Shown one piece after another: positions 1 to 5,870 of a stretch of 10,507 nt of DNA (the stretch's first letter is position 1; every line of letters starts with the position of its first letter). The notes beneath the pieces are model-generated. The model worked only from the letters and a program-made list of their open reading frames with translations. It was not told the DNA's origin and ran no database searches. Source of the stretch: Candidatus Pacearchaeota archaeon (GTDB taxonomy: Archaea; Nanobdellota; Nanobdellia; Pacearchaeales; GW2011-AR1); the NCBI GenBank assembly GCA_002688165.1, contig NZCB01000006.1:12958-23464 (forward strand), written 5' to 3'. Position numbers and translations under genes: made by a program.

Positions 1-501
1 CCCTGAAACTTCTTCAATTACTTTTCTTCTATCTTCTGGAGACATTTTAACAAATTTCATTATTTCTCCTTGTAGAACAATATTGAATCCTTGAGGATCG
101 ATTCCTGCTTGACTTAATAATTCTATTACTTCTTGTCTAGTTTTAGTTTGATGATTTATTCTATAAACTCCTTGCCCATTTTTTTTAACCTCTCTTTTGA
201 TTACTACTTCCTTACTATCAATTGCAAAGGTTTTATCTTCATTGTCTAAGGTAATTTCCACAAAGGCATGATTTGCAGGTTTGAAATCTTTATTTCCTGA
301 GAATATTAGGTGAGATGCTTTGGCAGCCCTAATTGATTTTATGGATAAACGTCCTAGAACAAAACATAATGCGTCAGTTATATTGCTCTTTCCAGAGCCG
401 TTTGGCCCCACTACAACTACCGTATGTCTATCAAAATGTAAAACAGTTTCACGAGCGAAACTCTTGAAACCTTTCATCACCAGTTTTTTTATGTAGGTCA
501 T
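1..501 (-). CDS. smc: SMC (structural maintenance of chromosomes) ATPase, N-terminal head fragment; the gene runs off the left edge of the window
   Basis: Absent from the ORF track because it is open at the window edge. Minus-strand translation from the ATG at 501..499 gives MTYIKKLVMKGFKSFARETVLHFDRHTVVVVGPNGSGKSNITDALCFVLG...GIDPQGFNIVLQGEIMKFVKMSPEDRRKVIEEVSG. It has Walker A GPNGSGKSN in the typical SMC N-terminal context plus the QGxI...RR.IEE..G motif. There are 167 open codons down to position 1. Confidence 0.9.
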   Translation of the reverse strand, partial: MTYIKKLVMKGFKSFARETVLHFDRHTVVVVGPNGSGKSNITDALCFVLGRLSIKSIRAAKASHLIFSGNKDFKPANHAFVEITLDNEDKTFAIDSKEVVIKREVKKNGQGVYRINHQTKTRQEVIELLSQAGIDPQGFNIVLQGEIMKFVKMSPEDRRKVIEEVSG

Positions 502-542
502 CTACTAATAATAAGAATAAAGCTTTTTTAAGGTTTGTTTGA

Positions 543-1178
543 TTAGAATAATTTCTTCTGACCTTTATTTTCAACAACTTTTTTATAGGTGCTCCAACTC
601 TTTCGAAAAATTTCAGGGCACTTATCCCAATTTTCTGCTATGAATTTTTTTGTGTTGGGATCTGCAGGATATCCAGAACCAGTATTCCCATATTTTTCTT
701 TAATTTCTGAAACAATTTCTTCTCTTCTTACTTTTGCTAAGATTGAAGCGGCTGAGCTTGTTATGTATTTTTCATCTGCTTTGTGTTCAACTATGAGCTC
801 TGTTTTTTTATTATCTAATAGGTTTCTAATATAAGCTTCAAATGCTGCGAGGTTGGGGCTAGGGCAATCTATGATTGCTTTGTCTGGTTTTAATGCATTT
901 ATTAATTCGGCTTGTTTATGCGCTTCTAGCCAATTAAGGTTCATGTCAGGATTAGCTAATGCATCATCGATCTCCTCTGGAGAAACTTCAATTATCTTGT
1001 ATTCAGTTGATTCTTTAATCTTTTTATCTAATTCTAGTCTAATTGGGTGTGCTAACATTTTACTATCCTTACTGCCCTCTAATAAATGTTCTTCTCCTTC
1101 ATTAATCATGACTCCTGCCATGATCATTGCACCAATTACTGGCCCTCGGCCTGCTTCGTCTATTCCTAGTACTTTCAT
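543..1178 (-). CDS. rnhB: Ribonuclease HII (type 2 RNase H)
   Basis: Motifs LGIDEAGRGPVIGAMIMAGV, KDSKML, HKADEKYITSSAASILAKVRREE and GSGYPADP are the conserved RNase HII blocks. I start at the internal Met (MKVLGIDEAGRG, ATG at 1178..1176) because the 21 upstream codons of the track ORF run into the tRNA at 1218-1292. An A/T box at about 1200-1214 lies 22-36 nt upstream. Confidence 0.9.
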   Translation of the reverse strand: MKVLGIDEAGRGPVIGAMIMAGVMINEGEEHLLEGSKDSKMLAHPIRLELDKKIKESTEYKIIEVSPEEIDDALANPDMNLNWLEAHKQAELINALKPDKAIIDCPSPNLAAFEAYIRNLLDNKKTELIVEHKADEKYITSSAASILAKVRREEIVSEIKEKYGNTGSGYPADPNTKKFIAENWDKCPEIFRKSWSTYKKVVENKGQKKLF

Positions 1179-1217
1179 TTTTAGAGATAATAATCTAAGT
1201 TTAAAAATATATATTAA

Positions 1218-1292
1218 TAGCGGGAGGTGGATTTGAACCACCGACCTCCGGGTTATGGGCCCGGCGAGAACTCCAGACTTCTCTACCCCGCT
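1218..1292 (-). tRNA. tRNA-Met(CAU), initiator type; CCA not encoded
   Basis: Hand-folded 75-nt cloverleaf on the minus strand: AGCGGGG-TA-GAGA-AGTCTGGAGT-TCTC-G-CCGGG-CCCATAA-CCCGG-AGGTC-GGTGG-TTCAAAT-CCACC-TCCCGCT-A. The anticodon CAT is at 1257..1255. A1:U72 and three consecutive G:C pairs closing the anticodon stem are archaeal/eukaryotic initiator identity features. It is a GC-rich island in AT-rich DNA. Confidence 0.85.
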
Positions 1293-1316
1293 ATACTAAT
1301 TGATAATCTAAACTAC

Positions 1317-1324
1317 TTTTAAAG
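1317..1324 (-). promoter_or_regulatory. TATA-like box for tRNA-iMet
   Basis: The minus strand reads CTTTAAAA, centred about 28 nt upstream of the tRNA 5' end at 1292. This is the spacing expected for an archaeal TATA box. Confidence 0.4.
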
Positions 1325-1364
1325 CTTTCTAACCACTTATTATAATTAAACTTATATACTAAAA

Positions 1365-1994
1365 ATGTTAAATCATGAGATGGTAAAGATACTTGTTGTA
1401 AAAACTGAGGATTTATTTAAGGATCATCATTTTGAGGGATTCATGCCTATTGATGAGAAAGATTATATTGATTATGTCTTGAATAATCATTATTATGAGG
1501 AAAGGAATGAGGATTTAGAAAATAATCCTGAGCATACTCAAATAATTCCCTATGTTTGGATAATTAACCCATTATTAAAAAAAGTATTTATTTATCAAAG
1601 ATCTTTAGGAAAAGATTATCAGGAGACTAGACATATAAATAAATATTCTGGAGGGGTTGGAGGTCATGTTGATGAAGAAGAGCATGGTGGAGATCCAATA
1701 GTTCATGCAATGAATAGAGAATTGAAAGAAGAATTAATAATGAATGAATATCCTGATGCTAAATTTATTGGATATATTAATGATGATTCTGATATGTATA
1801 ATAAGGTGCATTTTGCAGTTGTAGGATTGGCAGAAACTCACGAGGATGTTCAACCAACTGATGATGGGATAAAATCTGGATCTTTTTATAGTGTTGAAGA
1901 AATAGAGCAACTTTTTGAGGATCCTAATAGCGAGGTTGAAACTTGGACAAAATTAAGTTGGCCTCATGTGAAAAAGCATATACAAAACCTTTAA
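1365..1994 (+). CDS. Nudix (MutT) superfamily-like phosphoesterase with a degenerate, expanded Nudix box
   Basis: 209-aa ORF. The segment GGVGGHVDEEEHGGDPIVHAMNRELKEELIM resembles the Nudix box GX5EX7REUXEEXGU, but has about 11 residues instead of 7 between the first Glu and RE and no terminal Gly. The overall layout (ILVVKTEDLF N-terminus, IIPYVWI, YQRS, NDDSD..KVHF) recalls the YmaB/COG4112-type Nudix group from memory only. An A/T box at 1337-1350 lies about 22 nt upstream of the ATG. Confidence 0.6.
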   Translation: MLNHEMVKILVVKTEDLFKDHHFEGFMPIDEKDYIDYVLNNHYYEERNEDLENNPEHTQIIPYVWIINPLLKKVFIYQRSLGKDYQETRHINKYSGGVGGHVDEEEHGGDPIVHAMNRELKEELIMNEYPDAKFIGYINDDSDMYNKVHFAVVGLAETHEDVQPTDDGIKSGSFYSVEEIEQLFEDPNSEVETWTKLSWPHVKKHIQNL

Positions 1995-2061
1995 AACCTT
2001 CATTTTTCTATCATATTTGTACACCTATTGCAGAAATAAGGTATATCAAAATTAAATTTGC

Positions 2062-2067
2062 AGGAGG
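2062..2067 (+). promoter_or_regulatory. Shine-Dalgarno-like AGGAGG for the cold-shock gene
   Basis: aggagg sits 6 nt upstream of the ATG at 2074. Confidence 0.55.
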
Positions 2068-2073
2068 ATTAAA

Positions 2074-2259
2074 ATGAAAGGAACAGTAAAATTTTTCAAT
2101 AGAGAAAAAAGATTTGGATTCATAGCTGGAGAAGATAACAAAGAATATTTTGTTCATGAATCTGGAATAACTGAAGGACCTATTGATGAAAATGATGAAG
2201 TTACATTTGATGTTGAAGAAGGAGACAAGGGGCCTAAAGCAGTTAATGTTAAGAAGTAA
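2074..2259 (+). CDS. Cold-shock domain (CspA-family) nucleic-acid-binding protein, 61 aa
   Basis: The sequence is MKGTVKFFNREKRFGFIAGEDNKEYFVHESGI...EVTFDVEEGDKGPKAVNVKK. It carries an RNP1-like KRFGFI, an RNP2-like YFVHE and the C-terminal G.KGP.A.NV, which together are the canonical CSD pattern. Confidence 0.9.
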   Translation: MKGTVKFFNREKRFGFIAGEDNKEYFVHESGITEGPIDENDEVTFDVEEGDKGPKAVNVKK

Positions 2260-2294
2260 AATTAATAATTAATTTTAACTTTTTGTAACCCTTA

Positions 2295-2309
2295 TTTTTT
2301 TATTTTTTT
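2295..2309 (+). terminator. Oligo-T archaeal-type terminator downstream of the csp gene
   Basis: Two T7 runs (2295-2301 and 2303-2309) separated by a single A, 36 nt after the stop codon. Confidence 0.5.
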
Positions 2310-2332
2310 AAGTTGATATTTATCAATCAAAA

Positions 2333-2341
2333 TATTTAAAA
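2333..2341 (+). promoter_or_regulatory. TATA-like box for tRNA-Ser, and probably for the downstream CDGSH ORF
   Basis: tatttaaaa is centred about 30 nt upstream of the tRNA 5' end at 2367. Confidence 0.45.
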
Positions 2342-2366
2342 CCCCTAATTTTCTATAGTTTTATAT

Positions 2367-2447
2367 GCCACCATCGCATAATGGTATTGCAGGGGCTTGC
2401 TAAGCCTCGCCCTTCGGGGCTCCCAGGTTCGATTCCTGGTGGTGGCG
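2367..2447 (+). tRNA. tRNA-Ser(GCU), type II with long variable arm; CCA not encoded
   Basis: Hand-folded as acceptor GCCACCA/TGGTGGC, D arm GCA-TAATGGTAT-TGC, anticodon stem GGGGC/GCCTC with loop TTGCTAA (anticodon GCT at 2399-2401), a 14-nt variable arm GCCC-TTCG-GGGC-TC, T arm CCAGG-TTCGATT-CCTGG, and discriminator G. Confidence 0.85.
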
Positions 2448-2464
2448 TTTTAAATTTATTTAAA

Positions 2465-2656
2465 ATGGAACATAAATTAATTGCAAAAAAGGGAGAGAGA
2501 TGTAAGATTTGTACTTGTGGAAAAAGTAAGATAATGCCTATTTGCGATGATACTCATAGAAAATTAAATGAGGAAGAGAATACAAATTATAAATCTCTTA
2601 AGATAACTTCTAGTGAAGATACTATTTTAGATTTAACTTCTAGTAATTGGGAATGA
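2465..2656 (+). CDS. CDGSH-type [2Fe-2S] iron-sulfur domain protein (mitoNEET/Miner-like), 63 aa, soluble single domain
   Basis: CTCGKSKIMPICDDTHRKLNEEENTN aligns residue for residue with the CDGSH signature C-X-C-X2-(S/T)-X3-P-X-C-D-G-(S/A/T)-H. It also aligns with the mitoNEET segment [26 protein letters not shown] as I recall it. I start at MEHK (ATG 2465), because the 28 upstream codons of the track ORF are simply the tRNA-Ser read as protein. Confidence 0.8.
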   Translation: MEHKLIAKKGERCKICTCGKSKIMPICDDTHRKLNEEENTNYKSLKITSSEDTILDLTSSNWE

Positions 2657-2660
2657 TAAG

Positions 2661-2669
2661 CATTTTAAA
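2661..2669 (+). promoter_or_regulatory. TATA-like box (CATTTTAAA) for the ABC operon
   Basis: It lies 22-30 nt upstream of the ATG at 2691 with no SD in between, which fits a leaderless first gene. The same core is seen in the 9272-9370 divergent promoters. Confidence 0.45.
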
Positions 2670-2690
2670 CTCCTATGAATTATATTTATT

Positions 2691-3395
2691 ATGGTGACTA
2701 AATCTAATCAAAGAACTTTAATAGAATTAAAAAATGTTAAGAAACATTATTTTATGGGAGATAATATTGTTAAGGCTGTTGATGGGATTACTTTGGAGGT
2801 TAAAGAAAAAGAATTTATTGCAATAATGGGTCCTTCAGGATCTGGGAAAAGTACTGCTATGCATTTGGTTGGTAGTTTAGATATTCCTACATCTGGAAAA
2901 ATTTTTTTAGATGGAGTTGATATTTCTTTATTGACAGAATCGAGATTGGCTCAGATAAGGGGCAAAAAGGTGGGATTTATTTTTCAAAGTTTTAATTTAA
3001 TACCTAATTTAACTGCCAAGGAAAATGTTATGATTCCAATGACTTTTCAATCTCAGTCTAGGAATGAAAGCGAACTTAAGGCTGAAGAGCTTTTGAGAAT
3101 GGTAGATCTTGGAGATAGAATGCAACATTATACTAATGAATTATCAGGGGGGCAACAACAAAGAGTTGCAATTGCGAGAGCTCTTGCTAATGATCCTGAA
3201 GTAATTCTTGCAGATGAACCTACTGGAAATTTGGATACAAAAACTGGAGAGATGGTAATAGACTTTTTAAAAAAATTAAATGAACAGGGAAAAACTGTAA
3301 TTATGGTAACTCATGACGCGGATTTGGCAAAAGAGCATGCTAATAAAATTTATTGGCTAAAAGATGGTAAAATTGAAAAAATAACTAAAGGATAA
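2691..3395 (+). CDS. ABC transporter ATP-binding protein, MacB/LolD/FtsE-like subfamily
   Basis: Walker [11 protein letters not shown]-loop FIFQSFNL, signature [15 protein letters not shown], Walker [13 protein letters not shown] and H-loop MVTHD. The N-terminus [11 protein letters not shown]...[19 protein letters not shown] is typical of the COG1136 group. Confidence 0.9.
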   Translation: MVTKSNQRTLIELKNVKKHYFMGDNIVKAVDGITLEVKEKEFIAIMGPSGSGKSTAMHLVGSLDIPTSGKIFLDGVDISLLTESRLAQIRGKKVGFIFQSFNLIPNLTAKENVMIPMTFQSQSRNESELKAEELLRMVDLGDRMQHYTNELSGGQQQRVAIARALANDPEVILADEPTGNLDTKTGEMVIDFLKKLNEQGKTVIMVTHDADLAKEHANKIYWLKDGKIEKITKG

Positions 3396-3396
3396 T

Positions 3397-4611
3397 ATGA
3401 AACCAAGATTAATTGTTCTTGCATCAAAAAATATTCGAAATCGTGGAGTTCGTTCATGGTTGACAATGATAGGAATCTTTATTGGAATAGCAGCAGTAGT
3501 TGCACTTATTTCTATGGGGCAAGGACTTCAGGCTGCAGTAACTGGACAGTTTGCTGCATTGGATCCTGATAAGTTAATAGTAACTAATGTTGATACATTA
3601 TTTGGACCTCCAGGTTCAACTGCTGTAAAAAAATTAAATGAACATGATAAGGAATTAATAGAATCTGTTAACGGAGTAGATATAGTGGTTCAAAGATTGA
3701 TAAGGACCGCATCTTTTGAGTATAATGATAAAACTGATTTTAAATTTGTTGCAAATATTCCTCAAGAAAAGGAAGCAATCCAAGTTGTTTATGATGCCTT
3801 GAATTTAGAATTAGAAAAAGGAAGGTTGTTGGATGAAAATGATAGGAGAAAAGTTATTTTGGGTCATGATTATATGTCTGATGATTTTGGAAAACCCTTG
3901 AGAGTTGGTAAAAAGGTAATAATTCAGAGAGAAGAATTTGAGGTTATAGGATTTTTAAAAAAAGCAAGTACTTTTACTTTGAATGGTATTATAATAATGC
4001 CTGATGAAGATCTTAGAGATATATTGGATATTGGTGATGAATTTGATATTTTGGTTGTACAGGTGAAGGACATGGATAAATTATCTGATGTAAAGGATAT
4101 TTTAGAGAAAAAGATAAGGAGGGATAGAGATTTAGATGAGGGTGAAGATGATTTCTCAATTCAGACACCTCAACAAGGTATTCAAACAATTAACACTATT
4201 CTGGATACAATTAATTTAGTTATTGCAGGAATTGCAGCTATATCTTTGTTGGTTGGAGGTATTGGAATTACAAATACAATGTATACTTCAGTTGTAGAGA
4301 GAATTAGAGAGATAGGAATTATGAAATCTGTTGGAGCAAGAAATTCTGATATCTTAACCTTGTTTTTGGCAGAATCTGCTCTTTTAGGGTTGGTTGGAGG
4401 GATTATAGGCGTAATAATTGGTCTTGCCTTAGCTTATGCTGCGGCAAGTGGTATTTCTGCAGCATTTGGAGGATTGGATTTTTCAATATCGTTAAATGTC
4501 CCTTTTTTAATTTTTGCAGCGCTATTTTCTGTTTTTGTCGGAATGATTTCAGGAGTTTTCCCAGCACTTCAGGCATCTAAATTAAATCCGGTGGATGCAT
4601 TGAGATCTTAG
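3397..4611 (+). CDS. ABC transporter permease, FtsX/MacB-type (type VII), paralog 1
   Basis: Its ATG lies 1 nt after the ATPase stop. The N-terminus RNRGVRSWLTMIGIFIGIAAVVALISMG forms TM1, followed by an extracytoplasmic domain of about 220 aa. The C-terminal FtsX block is LLVGGIGITNTMYTSVVERIREIGIMKSVGARNSDIL...LGLVGGIIGVIIG...FPALQASKLNPVDALR. Confidence 0.85.
   Translation: MKPRLIVLASKNIRNRGVRSWLTMIGIFIGIAAVVALISMGQGLQAAVTGQFAALDPDKLIVTNVDTLFGPPGSTAVKKLNEHDKELIESVNGVDIVVQRLIRTASFEYNDKTDFKFVANIPQEKEAIQVVYDALNLELEKGRLLDENDRRKVILGHDYMSDDFGKPLRVGKKVIIQREEFEVIGFLKKASTFTLNGIIIMPDEDLRDILDIGDEFDILVVQVKDMDKLSDVKDILEKKIRRDRDLDEGEDDFSIQTPQQGIQTINTILDTINLVIAGIAAISLLVGGIGITNTMYTSVVERIREIGIMKSVGARNSDILTLFLAESALLGLVGGIIGVIIGLALAYAAASGISAAFGGLDFSISLNVPFLIFAALFSVFVGMISGVFPALQASKLNPVDALRS
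4255..4286 (+). repeat. 32-nt stretch identical to 5511-5542 (copy 1, in permease 1)
   Basis: ggaggtattggaattacaaatacaatgtatac occurs verbatim in both permease genes and encodes GGIGITNTMYT. The flanking atatctttgtt is also shared. Confidence 0.9.
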
Positions 4612-4634
4612 ATGAAAATTAAAAATTTTAAATT

Positions 4635-4641
4635 GAGGAGG
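4635..4641 (+). promoter_or_regulatory. Shine-Dalgarno-like GAGGAGG for permease paralog 2
   Basis: gaggagg sits 8 nt upstream of the ATG at 4650, as expected for an internal operon gene. Confidence 0.55.
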
Positions 4642-4649
4642 AATATAAT

Positions 4650-5870
4650 ATGGATAAATTGAAACAATATTTTAAAATATCTTTGAGAAACTTAAAAAGG
4701 AAAAGATTGAGATCTTGGTTGACAATGATCGGAATATTTATTTCTATTGCAACAATTTTTGTATTAATTTCATTATCTTTAGGGTTAGATACTTCAATAA
4801 AAGAACAATTTAAAAAATTGGGTTCGGATAAATTCTTCATTGATCCTAGGGGCCAATTAGCAGGTCCTGGAACGGGAGGAGCAGTTACTTTTACAGAGAA
4901 AGATATTAGAACAATAGAAAAAGTTTCTGGTGTAAAAGATTTAAGTTATTTTGTTATGGGAAGTGCAAAAATTGAGAAAGATGATCAGGTGAGATATGCA
5001 AATGTGGTTGGAATTCCATTGGACAGAACAAATTTGTGGGCTGAGACTGGGTTTATTGATGCAGAGTTTGGCAAGATTTTGAAGAAAGGTGATTCTGGAA
5101 AAATTGATATTGGTTCACAATATTATCATAACGATGTTTTTGAAGATTCTGTAATGGTTGGTGATAAAATTGTAATACAGGGAAAAAGTTTTAAGGTAAA
5201 ATCTAATTTAAAAACTTTAGGCAATCCTACTGATGATAAGGTGATTTATATGTCTGTTAAGGATTTTAGGGAAACTTTTCCGGATAAGGGTGAAGATATA
5301 GATCAAATAACTGTTCAGGTAAATGAGGGTGCAGATATTAATCGGATTGCTGAAAAAGTTAAGAAAAAATTAGATGATGTAAGGGATGTTGATGAGGATA
5401 GTAGGGATTATAGGATTTCAACTCCTGAGGAGCTTTTGGCAACTATTGGAAATATTTTGAATATAATAGCAGGATTTTTATTGGGAGTAGCAGGAATATC
5501 TTTGTTAGTAGGAGGTATTGGAATTACAAATACAATGTATACGTCAGTATTAGAGAGAAGAAAGGAAATTGGAATTTTGAAATCTGTTGGAGCTAAAAAT
5601 TCTGATGTATTAGCTATATTTACAATAGAGGCTGGGCTTTTAGGATTAGTTGGAGGAATTATAGGTGTGATAATTGGAATAATATTTTCAAAGGGTTTAG
5701 AATTTATTGCAGTTAATATGCTGGCTGCTTCAATCTTGCAAGTTTCGATGCCATTATATCTTATAGTTGGTGTTCTTCTTTTTTCATTTTTAGTAGGATG
5801 TTTTTCAGGATTATGGCCTTCATGGCAAGCAGTAAAAGTTAGTCCTGTAGATGCATTAAGGTATGAATAA
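4650..5870 (+). CDS. ABC transporter permease, FtsX/MacB-type (type VII), paralog 2
   Basis: Same architecture as 3397-4611: LRNLKRKRLRSWLTMIGIFISIATIFVLISL as TM1, a divergent extracytoplasmic domain, and the FtsX block LLVGGIGITNTMYTSVLERRKEIGILKSVGAKNSDVL...LGLVGGIIGVIIG...WPSWQAVKVSPVDALR. Confidence 0.85.
   Translation: MDKLKQYFKISLRNLKRKRLRSWLTMIGIFISIATIFVLISLSLGLDTSIKEQFKKLGSDKFFIDPRGQLAGPGTGGAVTFTEKDIRTIEKVSGVKDLSYFVMGSAKIEKDDQVRYANVVGIPLDRTNLWAETGFIDAEFGKILKKGDSGKIDIGSQYYHNDVFEDSVMVGDKIVIQGKSFKVKSNLKTLGNPTDDKVIYMSVKDFRETFPDKGEDIDQITVQVNEGADINRIAEKVKKKLDDVRDVDEDSRDYRISTPEELLATIGNILNIIAGFLLGVAGISLLVGGIGITNTMYTSVLERRKEIGILKSVGAKNSDVLAIFTIEAGLLGLVGGIIGVIIGIIFSKGLEFIAVNMLAASILQVSMPLYLIVGVLLFSFLVGCFSGLWPSWQAVKVSPVDALRYE
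5511..5542 (+). repeat. 32-nt stretch identical to 4255-4286 (copy 2, in permease 2)
   Basis: Same 32-mer, read directly from the sequence. Confidence 0.9.

Noticed and set aside
589-1236. Plus-strand ORFs 589..834 and 853..1236
   Set aside because: They are antisense shadows inside rnhB. The peptides are low-complexity and Ser/Leu/Phe-rich, with no recognisable motifs, while the opposite strand carries a confidently identified gene.
1179-1241. N-terminal 21-codon extension of the rnhB track ORF (MVQIHLPLLIYIFKLRLLSLK...)
   Set aside because: The extension runs into the tRNA-iMet gene (1218-1292) and has no similarity to RNase HII N-termini. The conserved protein starts at MKVLGIDEAGRG (ATG at 1178), which has a TATA-like box at the right distance.
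2381-2464. The first 28 codons of the 2381..2656 track ORF (MVLQGLAKPRPSGLPGSIPGGGVLNLFK)
   Set aside because: This is the tRNA-Ser sequence (2367-2447) read as protein, and the Gly/Pro-rich composition reflects the GC-rich tRNA. The CDGSH protein starts at the Met at 2465.
3147-3152. G6 homopolymers at 3147-3152 (ABC signature LSGGQ) and 9602-9607 (kinase-like RLGGQ) as possible slippage or phase-variation tracts
   Set aside because: Both are simply GGG-GGG Gly-Gly codons in conserved motifs. They are short for phase variation, and both reading frames are intact.
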